This document shows, one piece after another, positions 13,821-26,673 of a DNA stretch of 64,000 bases. The notes under the pieces are model-generated. The model saw nothing but the letters and a program-made list of their open reading frames with translations. It was not told where the DNA came from and did no database searches. Origin of the DNA: Laetmonice hystrix (taxonomy: Eukaryota); contig OZ249436.1 of NCBI GenBank assembly GCA_965235115.1, positions 42,100,001 to 42,164,000 on the forward strand. Direction: 5' to 3'. Position numbers and translations under genes: made by a program. Every line of letters begins with the position of its first letter. The stretch's first letter is position 1.

Positions 13821-15022
13821 CTAATAACGTTTACCTTTGAATGACGTTCGGATACGTTTATTTTACCGAAAGTAACGGATCGTATACTAATTCAATGTCG
13901 AGCGAACCTTGAAAATGTCGTTTATGGCTAGATCTAGTTTAGGTATGGCCAGAGACCTAGCCTATAATTAGATCATCAGGCCTAGACATAACCTAATTAG
14001 GCCTAGCCGCCTAGCATATTGCAGTATTGGCCCAGGCTAGCCTATTTTTTTACCTATAGGCCAGGGCAGGCCCGTAGCCGGGGGGGGGGGGGGGGGGGGG
14101 TATGCTCCCTCCCTAAACGGACAGAGATCCACTATAATAATATGTGCAGCAATCTTATTTTATTGTCAGCAGTTTTCGGCGGAGGGCAAGACCGCCTTTG
14201 CAATGAACGCCCTGGTTGTATGCTCTAAGTTTTCTAAGTCTATTTTCACCCAAAACGTCGACTTTCAACTCCTTCAAAAAGGAGCCACCCCTTTGTCCAG
14301 CGATCCTACTTTTTCCTACTTTTTTGGTCTCTGTCCTATTTTTCCTACTTTTTGTTCAAAATACCTACTTTTTTCTACTTTTTCATTTTGCTTTGCCACG
14401 CGCAATTTTAAAATGCCACGAATTGCTGTGCAAGTGTGCATATTGCTTGTTTTATTATAAAAGGTCAATGGGAAATTTTGTTTTGCGGCATACAATACAG
14501 ACCACCGGTATGAGCACCACATAAAAAAATGTTATGTTCTCAATAATATAACTTTTTGGATTTCACACATTCATTATGCAGTATAATGTTGAATAATATG
14601 TTGTTACATCATAACCTGTGCTATTTCAGTCCTACTTTTGTCCTACTGTTTCCTTCTATTTTACTACTTTTGCCCTACTTTTTCTATATTTTCATGCCTA
14701 CACTTTTGTCCTACTTTTTCATTAAGGGTGTGCTGGACAGCCTGTAAATATTATGGCAATAAATTTTTAAAAATCAGGAACAGTTTTCAGATCATTTTGA
14801 AATTGCAAAAAGGGAATCTCTACTCACACCCCTTTCTAGTTTTAATTAGGCCTAGGCCTATACCTACATCGCTATCTATGTCCATTGGGTTTGCTCATTA
14901 GCTAGGCCTAATTCAATTTTTGCCATAACATTAATTTGTCAGCAAGTAGACCTTGACCCCGGCTATTAGTTTTCGGCGTTATAAGCCTATAAGCTAGAAT
15001 AAAAAAAAGTCTAACTGTATCT

Positions 15023-15170
15023 CAGGGGCGTAGACAAGAGGTAAAATCTGGGGGGGCTATATGGTTGTTAACTTGAGGACTGTGCTCGAAAACAACCTGG
15101 GGCACAAAGGTTATAGGTTATTATAGGCTACCCTTAAAAATCAAGCCCCCTTCCCTTGTCTACGCCCTTG
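15023..15170. mobile_element. Short MITE (PIF/Harbinger-like termini)
   Basis: CAGGGGCGTAGACAAG...CTTGTCTACGCCCTTG inverted termini. Confidence 0.6.
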
Positions 15171-15321
15171 TATAATGGATTGAATGACTCTGTGGATCAT
15201 GACTACACTAAATGGTGTGCTGGTAAAAATAGGGGTGTTACCTCAGCTGTAATGTCCTGCAACTGAGAAAATATAATCTTGTTCTTATTGCCCCGTATTG
15301 CCCACTTGGCTGATTTGAGGG

Positions 15322-15768
15322 ATATTGTCCAGCCCGTGAAACCCCGGGTTTTCTCCGGTCGCCAACCCAATTAGGCCTACAGTTCTCAGATCATTCTGAA
15401 AAAGGGAATCTCTACACATACCCCTTAGGGAGTTTTAATTAGGCCTAGCCCTATATCGCTATAGGTCAGTATATGTTTGCCCATTAGAGTTAGGCCTAAT
15501 GTTAGGCATAATTCAATATTTTACCATAACTTTAATTTGTCGCTTTAATATTGTCCAGCCCGTGAAACCCCGGATTTTCTCCGGTCGCCAACCCAATTAG
15601 GCCTACAGTTCTCAGATCATTCTGAAAAAGGGAATCTCTACACACACCCCTTAGGGAGTTTTAATTAGGCCTAGCCCTATATCGCTATAGGTTAGTATAT
15701 GTTTGCCCATTAGAGTTAGACCTAATATTAGGCATAATTCAATATTTTACCATAACTTTAATTTGTCG
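15322..15768. repeat. Tandem duplication of ~227 bp, plus a diverged partial copy at ~14780-14940
   Basis: TATTGTCCAGCCCGTGAAACCCCGG...TTTAATTTGTCGC occurs twice head to tail, nearly identical. Confidence 0.92.
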
Positions 15769-15871
15769 CCTTGGAGTAACCTTACGTACAAAGCGTATAA
15801 ATTTGCATAGACTCTACATTTTTCATAATATATAACCTATATATATCTATAAGTCCTATACGTGTACTTGC

Positions 15872-16116
15872 TATTTATTTATTTATTTATATATTTATTT
15901 ATTTATTTATTTATTTATTTATTTGTTTGTTTATTTGTTTATTTATTTATTTATTTGTTTATTTATTATTCATTATTTATCATTTATTATTTATTTATTT
16001 TATTATTTATTATTTATTATGTATTTATTTTGTTATGTATTTTTATTGATTGATTATTTATTTATTTATTATTTATGTATTATTATTTATTATTACTTAT
16101 TTTATCATTTATTTAT
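15872..16116. repeat. (ATTT)n/(ATT)n microsatellite
   Basis: Read directly from the sequence. Confidence 0.97.
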
Positions 16117-17932
16117 ACTTAAAGCTCCTTAAGGTTACAACTTACAATTAGTAACTTTCACAATACGTACCAACTAGAAAGAGGTCTTCTCGTACATTCT
16201 CCCGCCAAGGTCCATAAAACCCCCTTATTATGACAGCTTCGTTTCCCTTTGCAACTACCTTAGTCATCGTACAGTCAGTACGTCAGAACTGTGTCATCAG
16301 TGCGTTAGGCGCCAGAAGTTTGAGAAGGGGGGGGGAGACCACTCCGACGCCCCTATACCTGGGACTGGGCAATGTCACGGATATACATAGATCTTGGGAC
16401 TGGGCAATGTCACGAATATACATAGATCCTCACATATTTGTGTTCTATATTGACAGGGTGTAATTTCATGATACTGAAAAGTCATGTATTTTCCTACGGT
16501 ATCTAGGCCTATTCCTTCATTCATCTCTGGCAGCCAACGCCGCCAGATTGGCACCGGTAAAAAAGGAGCGAACGCCTTCTAGCTGCACTATAGTTGTTTG
16601 GATGACACTCAGATTTTTATGTTTAACTTTACTCTGCATTGTTGTATTCTTTCATAGCAAGACTGTCTAGCCATGTCATGTTGTAATGGTCGTCTCTAAA
16701 CTATATTACAGACAGACTCAGAATCAGCCTGAGAATTAGTTGGACGAGCTAGCTCGACTATGTTGGAAAAACACTCGCTCTTCTTCCTTAGATTGGAAAC
16801 TGTACCTGCACCAAAGAAAAACAAGTAAATCACAAATATATCGTCAGTGTAACAAGTGGTGAAGTGATATTATATATTTTTTCACGAATAGTAATTAAAG
16901 TGAATACGAAGGACATGAAAACGCAAGGTGAACGCAACCTAGTTATGGGTATATGTTATCATGGCTGATCATGTTTATTGAGAATTTTACCATAGTTAAA
17001 GAAAAAGGGACTTCTACGACTGAAGTGTCTGGTTTGTGTCAACATTCCTATTGGCTGCACCTATTCTATAAAAACGCAGTATTTTCTTTACTAGTACCTT
17101 CTTGTGTAAATCTGTGACATGTTCTCTAAAGCACCATAAAGTATTTACAAAGGCCCTTTTAACGAACCACTTGGAGAACAAGTGTTGTGTGTTTAGAGCA
17201 TGATTCACTTAAATGTTTGGACGACCGCAATATGTTTGTTTCCGTAAATATTTACGAAGCAATCTATACAATCGTTTTGCAATAGCTGTGCATTCACAAT
17301 ACCGTGCAGACATGGGGTAAGGAGGTGAAAATTATTATACGTATTAATAAATATATTGTGAATTTGTACGTGCACATTCAGCATAGGTATTTGTTAGCTT
17401 CCACTATAGAAGACACATGGGTCTGTTTAGGTCTATGAGGCCACATTACAAAAGTAGAAGGTGGTGTACAAATGTGATATGTCGCTGTTATGTGATGATG
17501 AAGTAAGAAAGCAACTGGAAAGAAACAACCTTTCGCCTACGTTTTTTTTCTGTGTCTTTGTTGTCTAGTTGTCTTTTTGCAATAGCTGTGCACGCCGTCG
17601 GTATAGTGCTGTCCATGAGGTGTAAAAATGACTTTGTGTCTTGAAGAAACATATACCACGAGCACGTTGGAATTTAATCATCATCTTATCATATTATTCA
17701 AGATTGTGGATGGGAAATTTTAAAACTACGACATTACGAGATCGAAGGATCTACTGACTTTTGGAGTTGACCTTCTGAAACAAAGGTTTAACTATGTCAG
17801 ACATGTCTGTAAAAGTACTTTAACTGACCAATGGATTTCCTCTGATATAGTGATGAACACATTGGCCCTTTATGACTAATCTCAGGCCCAGGTCGGAACC
17901 TTACCAGAACCTCCCCCCCCTCCCCCCCCCCA

Positions 17933-18542
17933 TTCACCAAGGTAATCACAGACCCAGGTGAGACCATACCAGTCCACACCATCCACCAAGGTAACAAGGG
18001 GTTCGATTCCAGTAGCCATACAATGTTCTCTGTCGGGACATTCTGAAAGTGAACTGGTTACGCACAATAATACCCAAAAACATTTATACCAGTCCACACC
18101 ATCCACCAAGGGAATCACAGACCCAGGCAAGAACCTTTCCAGTCCACCGCATCCACCAAGGGAATCACAGACCCGGGCGAGAACCATACTAGTCCATACC
18201 ATCCAACAAGGGAATCACATTCAGGCAAGAACACCACACCACACCACCAACCAAGGTAATCACAGACCCAGGCGAGAACCAATTACAAGTCGGAGTCCAC
18301 AACATCCACCAAGGTAATCACATACCCAAGTGAAAGCCTTTAGCAGTCTTTCCCAATCCTCCAAGGTAATCAAACACCCAGATGAGAACCTCACTAAGCA
18401 GCCCCCCCCCCCCCCCCCAAAAAAAAAAGACCAAGATAATCACAGACCTACGCGAACAGCTTAACCAGTCCACCCAGACCAAAAAGGTTATTACAACCCA
18501 ACCCCTCCTCCCTAAGGTAATCAATGGCCAAGGTGAGAACCC
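17933..18542. repeat. Degenerate ~41-43 bp minisatellite
   Basis: Recurrent CCACCAAGG(T/G)AATCACAGACCCAGG(T/C)GAGAACC...CCAGTCCACACCAT units. Confidence 0.88.
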
Positions 18543-21500
18543 TGCCATCGCCTCTTCAGCCTCAAGGCAAACAGGTACACAAGAGGGGCACAGTGGGTGA
18601 ACGGAAAACCTGTCGGATATGTAGCACAGGCCGTTCTTGTTCATAAAAACGAAATGGAATGTGTAAGAAGATCCACCACTTGACACTGTGATTTAGTCAG
18701 AGGAGTTTGAGAGAACACAGTGGGATTGTTCCTCTGAAATTACTCAAAGAGAGACTCTGTTGCGCTGTTATGCATTTTATCCGTTAATTTATGATCCAAG
18801 GGAACGGGGCATTGACCATTCCACCAAGCTTGTATTATCAGTTAGGCTTATCAGTCATGTGTAGAAGACAAATAAATTCGGAGAGAATGCTTCCGAAAAA
18901 AACCCTATTTCATAAATCTCACCATAACAAAAAGAGCTAGTCGCGTTTGTGCCCAAAGAAAGACAAGTTAAGCATCTATGGATTTTTTAATTGTGCACAT
19001 ATTGGCATATACAAGGAAAACTTATTTGTCAGTATAGATCTTTATGCTTCGTAATATAACAACATAGGGTAACAAATCAAAAATAAATGTTTGGTACTCT
19101 TATTAGAATATGGGTATTATGCGTTACCTGTCTTTACCTATACATATACGAAACGTTTGAAACTAAAGCATTCATTTCCGATGCATATAGCTATTATCCT
19201 CAGATGTAGAGAGCCAACTGGACACAAGTGTATTGTTGGACAAATCCTATATAGAGTCATGCTAATGAAAGCGCGTCTTTCATCTTGCAACTGCCTCCCA
19301 TATCTCGAACATTTATAACCACAATGCTGTCATGCCAAATACGTATGCGATATGGTTAGGCTCTTGTGTGGAGCTTTATTTTTTTGTTTCTGCCTAGCAA
19401 GGAAACCTGATAATGACACACTGAATCGACCCTAACCGTGGCTTGCCTTTCGTGAACATTGTTTAGCGGTATTTCATAGGCGTGTACCACGTATAGAGAT
19501 GTCGTGTGATCTTCGTTATGTATACTCTAAACATTTTAGTGAAAAGGTTAAAGTCTGAAAGGTCATGGTTAAAAAAGTTAAAGTCTTACAGTCTTACTGC
19601 TATAGATTATCAATATGTATGTATATAGTTCCGTATGAATTGATTTTTTTTCAACTGTCTGTGTAGATTATTGATCAGTTTTTTTCAGACGTCAAAAGAA
19701 AGTTAGTCTTTCTGACGACCCAAATGTATAATTTATTAAAAGCTACAACCACATCTTTGAGGAGGCATTCTAAACATACATGTTTGCGAATCCGGAGCGT
19801 CAGTTGGTCAAGAGAAGGTCGTTTCATTGCGTACATATACTACACTCCATGCAGGAACAATCATCTGTAGGCCTACGTAAGTACAATCTCCAACTGTCTG
19901 GTCCGTTTTGCACTATGTCCGCACATATGCATCTGTTCGAAGAGCTATACCTTACTTATCAACTTTATATAAAAGAAAATGGGGGGAGGGCTCTAAGCAG
20001 GGGGGAACCCCCTCCAATGGACCCCCTCCAATGGACACATGCCTATAATTATATAATGATACGAGTTATTTGGGAATACGAATAAGACGTAACACCGATT
20101 AGAGCTTTCTAAAGGCCATGTGAAGGTTATGAGTGGGCCTACGTGTATATTTCATTTGGCATCTACCTCCTTGGTTCCGACAATATATCATATTTTGTAG
20201 CTCGTATGACCTATATTTGAAAGCAGCCAAAGAGGTACGTGGCATGCAATGACAAAAGAAGGCGGACAGGAAGTCAGAACCTATAATGGCCATCTTACCT
20301 GCGTGTAGCTGGTGCCATTTGATGGTCTCTCAAGGAGCACAATCAATGAAATGCATATTTCAATCGGCTACATCTACATTATACAGAGCAGTGTGCTGAC
20401 CGCTCTCAGCCGTCGTCGACACAGCATTAAGTTATTTATGACGTTTCCTTTGGCACCTCGGTTAGCACGCTTTGAGGATCCAAACGAATCGTTCAACGTA
20501 TGGTCCTGTGCCGACACCGCCTAGACGGTCATTCTAACAAATAGGCCCATCACTCAGTAGTTTATTCAGTTTGTATTAATTATTGTTTGAGTGTTTGTGC
20601 ACGTGGTTGTATTTAATACCTTTCCATGAACGACTGCAAGGGGTAGGTCAAACCAAGGTCACCCTGCTTACGTTCGGTTTCCTAATAATATTATCAATCT
20701 GACGCTGATGAAGCAGTGGTCTCGGGGTAAAAGTGTCAATATTTCAAATGTTTCTTCATCTATAAAGAAAATAGTTTAAAATGGTTTGCATCTTAAAGGG
20801 AACGAAATATTTAATTGAAAGATATTTAATGCATTTTTCTGTGGGCAGCAATATGTCATTATTATTAATTGTTTTAACTGCTTAGGATATATACATGATT
20901 GCCTATAGCACACGTCGTGTACATGTTTTGCTGTTTTAATCTTGGTCTTGGTTTAAATAGTTTTTATTTTCCATTTTTGCAACTTACGCATAAACAATAC
21001 ATGTCAGGCTGAAGCCAGAGACGGCTTATGTGCTTGAATGTGGGTCTTGGTGGCATATTATCAAATGGAGCAATAGAAATTCCCGTTTTCGAAAACAGCC
21101 ATTGAGTTTGTATTGTGGCTAATCATTCGCTATTGCACGGTATCGTAGGGTATAAGAGGATGTCGACGTTACCGCCATTTCCATTTCGTACTAAGGAAGT
21201 GATGTACGAGTGAATGCCCACCTGCCTGGCACCCGACCTCTCCCCACGTCTGGGTGGTACTTACTGCCAACCCCTTCCAAGGGAGTGAGGCCCGTGGCAG
21301 AGCAGCGATAACAGCCCACCAAGTAACCAACAAACAGTCTCTCCTCTCACTCACTGGCATGGTATTTATGACATGATGCGTTGGTATGGCGACTGATGGA
21401 GGAGGATCAGGGGGATGGCTAAGAGGCAGCAGACTAAAGCTCTCGTAGCGCGGGTCAGCGTTGCAAAACCGAAGCGCATTCATCACAGCGCTTGTAGAGG

Positions 21501-24500
21501 GGAAGAGGGCAGCTCTCAAGTAGACAGTCTGAAGCCGAGGGGAAACCGTCAATGGAGGATGGTGCGCTGTTGAAACTGCAGCCAACAGCATGAGTCAGGG
21601 CCAAACAGTCACTTCTTGGCAGTACCCATCTGGATTCAAACAGAGGAATTCAACTAGACTATTTCCAGCGGATCTTCCCACTCTATCGCAGCCATTAGGC
21701 TACAAAATGCGTCTTATGAGCAGGTCATTACTAATTGTGAGAATTACTGTAGGTTAATTATATTGACCCAGAATATGTTTCTACTTCCAAAATAAATAGA
21801 AGGGCAGCGGTCAAACGGAGGCCAATATGCGTTTGAGTGACGTCTGCAATCGCTGAGCGGCCCCAAAAGAACTCTTTAGATTTATTTCTGAGATCATGTG
21901 AAACCTTAATATCGGTAAAACATCACCTGGAGGATGTTTTTAACGCACACCTCGGACAATATTAAAGTCTCAGGAAGCAATTACTGAAATGTTACCAGAA
22001 ATAAAACGGCATGTATTCTCAAGGGTTTTTTTCATATTCATTTTAGCCTCTTCATAACCGTATCTAAAAGCACCCCCCCCCCTGCACCTGAATGTGTGCC
22101 CACGCCCCCTCTTCTTTGATTAAATTGTATACGTCTTTGACTAATGTTTAAAGCCATTTTCTATCCCTCTTAGGACATACCTAAAATTGTATATTACCAT
22201 GTAGCAAATCTCTATACCCCTTTGGTAATTAGGGATAAAGCAGGCCTAGATCCGAGATTCTGTTCATTAGTCCCCATCACCAAGTATAGATTCTGCTGCC
22301 TGTCATTGCTGAAAGTCAAGAGCGTACTACACCATAATAATGCCCATGTATCGACCCTGATGACATTAACGTATCATTGGTTTTCATTAACGGGTCAGAT
22401 AAAGCGATCCATAAGATCAAGTAAAGCCATTAATCCTTAACGGAAGAGAGACGATCGAGAAAACAGTGTTGTGTACACTCGATCAGTGGCTGGTTAACAA
22501 TGACAATATACATGACATATTAGGATTACAATGGCCGGATTATGTATCACCTCTCTGCTCATGGCATGTTAATTCACAGTCCCCGCAAAACGACCTTGTT
22601 AAGTATCAATAGTAGGAGACAGGGGCAGATTTCAATCATGTGCAATCATCACTCAGCATGATGTAGATTTATTTACATAGCTCTACCTGTAAGTGTGTAA
22701 AATGGGATAGCAGGCCAAGGAGGCCATTATGTGATAACCGAGTGGGATGCCACAGAAAGAGGGGCGAGTCTCAAGGCTATCTTCAACAGCGGGAGGCTCG
22801 ATGATCGGCGCACTGCGTCTTTGTATTGCAATCTTACTGCCCCGTGCAACCACGGCAGCCAACACGCTCCGTGAGCAGGGAATCGACGGGGCCCTTTGGC
22901 AGCAACATGAGACGAGAACCGCAGTTTGCTCACCCGACAACAGCAGAAGTCATTAACATATCTATGATGCTGCATTGATCCGGCCGCAGAGAATCACAGC
23001 AAATTTACTGCAGCATCCACCTCCCCTTCCCTTCACCCTCCCCCCTCTCTCCACCCCCCAGCACACCCACCCCGCTCTGTCAGACAGCATCATATTAAAT
23101 GCGCGGTTTCATTCCAGAATGAATATCCCAACATTAGGACCTGCTCCCGTGTCATTCAAATATTATTTAATCATAACACCCTATACTGATGTTGTGGAGC
23201 TGCCTAATGATGATTAAATTGGTAATTGCTGCTTGGGTGTGCGTTTGTATCGGATGCGTCCCTCCCTTAGGGCCAAGGTCTTCGTGTCGGGTTAGGATCA
23301 ACAGGCCCTAATGCGTGCTTCTCTAAGAAGCACCATTCCACGCCATAAACCATTCATGGGACTTGTAGGAAAGCATCTTTGCTAATGTGTCACGATATCC
23401 GTGAAGCTGTTTGAGTGATGAGGACGATATTTGGCTGCAGGCGCACCGTCTGTGATTCCCCCCTTCCCGATTCTTTTACCCATAACATCGAGTCGACATC
23501 CTCCTTCCGCCCTCGCCCCCCCCCCCCCCCCACGCTGAGGCGGCCATGTATCTGCTCTGCCCAGTTTTCTATTGATTGTCTGTGGGATGTCCGCCATTGG
23601 TATAGACACCCAAAGACACACCCACCCTCACGGTCTCTATACCTGCAGCACACAGCTGTCGTTCACCCGTGCTGCCCCCAACTGACATTCAAACGTACCA
23701 CTTACTGGAGATATCTAGGCCACTATAGCTCGAGAATTCATATGATTGTGATGATGTTTATTAATGACAATTGCGGTTCCAACGATATCCATTGATTTCT
23801 ACCTGTTTCAAAGTATTCACTCTATAGCCTTTTTTTCCTGGTATTATATGCTATTCTGGAATAAAGTAAACAACGCGTAGATTGCTGTAGATAATATTAA
23901 ACTTTCCCTAATAGCCTGTTTCTATCATTCTTTAATTTCAATTTAAAGGTTACAAAATGAATTCGGAATAAACACACTAACAAAGTCACGTTCGATACAC
24001 AGTGAAAAGAGATCGGTGAAATACTGCACGCTCCAAAACACCAAGTGCTCCCTTGCAGACACTGTCATGTCCATGGCCTCATCTGTATACAGCGAGATTA
24101 GCTCCAATTGTTTTTCGTTAAAACGTGACGTATAAAAACAACGTCCTTTCTATTCTTCACACTAGCTTATAACGTTGGTTCCTAATGCACATTGCCGCCA
24201 TTTATCTAAGTACTGCACCCAAACATTTGCTTACAAAACAATCGAGATTTTCAGCAATGAATCACTTCTATATTCACACGTTCGCATTACATGGCTTAGT
24301 TGGCTCTAATTAAGGAGTGGTGATATAAATCTCTGAGATAATAAAATGATTCTGCATTACAAATTATCCCTTCCTGCTCATATTGCTGAAGACATTTCCA
24401 CCTACAGCATGCAGCCTTTGATACCTACCATGTATGGCGTTAACTCACACGCTTGATTAATGTGAATCCTTACCACTAATAATACCGCTGAATGTTTCCC

Positions 24501-25811
24501 CCATACTCGTCAATCAAGACAAGATAATATTATCCATGTTTTAAGTTAATTAGTAGGTTGATAAAGCTTCGATAAAAAAAACGAAACGGGGCTCATGTGT
24601 GATGCAATTAGGTCAAGTGGCCCTGACGCGCATGTAATGTTACCATGGAAATTGTTTAACTTTAAAGAGAAGGACTCATCGCCAAGGTGAAAGTAAATAA
24701 GACAAGTGTCGGCGCAATGCATCAACAGACGCGGGCCGTCGTTGGCGGGTCTCATTTGATGCGGATGATTAACATACCTCACATTAGTAGCGACTTTCAC
24801 TTCACAAGCTATAGGTCTCTGAGCTGCAATTATAAAAGTCACTCCTTGGGTCAACGGTGGAAGCCTTGCCAGTCCAAGCATCAGTCTTAGCATCAACAAC
24901 CGACCTTCTCAGCCGACCAGTCGCTCTTTGTCAGTACAATATCAACCACTGAAAATGGTCCTCATATTATACTCTGCTAGAAGACAGATCGCTGTCGGAG
25001 AGAAAACATAAAAACCAGTTTCCATGGGGAACTTATAGGGGGAACAGATAATCTGTCAAAAAATCTATTGTTTAATCCATCTTGGTAGACGCTGAGCAAA
25101 AGAGAAAAAAGGGTGGTTCTTCGAGAGATTATTTGTATTCAGTTGGCTTCCACGTGAAGAATCTTTGATCAATTTTACCAGCAGGCCTGCTATTTGTCTT
25201 TCATATGACGTTTTTCATTTTGTTATTTCGCTACGAACCTCTTAGATTTCGATGAAATCAGTGACATGATGGAGAAGCTGGTTATCTAGCTCGTTAGTCC
25301 ACAGCTGCCCCCCCCCCCTCCCCCCAAAAAAGAAAATCTCGACTAGTTACATGCCTATAGATGATCAATCGAGTTGGTAATTTCAATAGGCTAGTCTTAC
25401 TAATATTAGTCCTTTGTTCAGAGATGATACAGTATGTTGCCCCACAGTTTCATACCTCCTCATCCCCCATACCAGTCACATTTTATTTAAGGGTTCGAGT
25501 GAATTGACATCAATTCTTTTCATGGCAACCCACTCTCCTAACAAATGCTTTTCCCCTCCGACAAAGAACTCCCTCATCATGGATGATGAAGCGGCCCCGT
25601 GGTGAATTAGCCGGAACCGGTCGCTTTGCCGGAAGTAAATGATGCTAGGAGATGAGTCGCAATGAAGTCGCAAATATTTGCGTGAAATCTATTGAATAAA
25701 CTAACATGAAACCAATGACACGTGGGTAAATGTCTATGTACATTTGGGAGAGCGTTATGGATGAAAACAGAGGTATCACCTGCCATATCACAGGGCTCAC
25801 TTAAAGTAACA

Positions 25812-26673
25812 CAAGACCCCGTCGGAGTCACAACCCCCAACTGTGTAGGGACTAATTATCTGTGGGTCTAAGAACTATGCGTACTTTGTATTTTTGAGAT
25901 ACAGTCTATGTGGGAACATCCGTGATACATGAGTCACAAAGAAACTTATATGTCTATATCCATCATTTAATTTTGTTGTAAGTGGTTATATTGAAATGTT
26001 TTCGAGATATGAATCGTGCCGAGTTTGAATTGATTGACCTCACAAGGTCACTCAATGTAAACGGAAATAGTGACAAATGAAACTTGTTATGACTTCCTTA
26101 CCTTAGTATAGTTACTTTATATTTAACAGAACACAACTGGCACGCTTGTTTCCCCTCATATGCCATGTCTTGTCACCAAGTTTGAAGGAACTTCCAGACA
26201 ATTTTGACAGAGTTATTGCTCCAAATCTTCATATCCAAGATGGCCACCAAGTGGCCATTTTAAATATGTTTGACCTGTGCCATTCTTAGACTGTCCCTGG
26301 TTATGTATCATGCAAGATTATGTAGATTAGGTTCGTTTAGCGCCATTTTTCATGACCTTGACTTTGACCTTAAAAGGTCAATCAAAGTCATGCATATTTT
26401 AAATAGCCTGTATCCCGAAAACATTTTAAAATAACGACATAATCTTGCATGAAACATTACACAATGGTCAGTGACAGTCACTTCAAGACACTTCAAGATA
26501 TTAACCACTTACTACAAATGATGGATAAAGATATGGAGTTTCTTTGTGTCTCAGGTCAATGTTCTCGCATGGACGGTATCTCAAAAATACAAAGTACGCA
26601 TGCATAGTTCCTAGACCCACATAATATTTAGTCCCTATACCCAGTTGGGGGCTGTGACTCCAACGGGGTCTTG
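25812..26673. mobile_element. Non-autonomous DNA transposon with ~90 bp TIRs
   Basis: CAAGACCCCGTCGGAGTCACAACCCCCAACTG...TTTTTGAGATAC is inverted at ~26577-26673. A further right-end copy lies at ~57140-57307. No clear TSD. Confidence 0.82.

Noticed and set aside
13920..15730. Clusters of TAGGCCTA palindromes
   Set aside because: The word is scattered across the whole window and looks like a genome-wide compositional feature.
15862..16132. Hydrophobic YLFI-repeat ORFs
   Set aside because: Translation of the (ATTT)n microsatellite.
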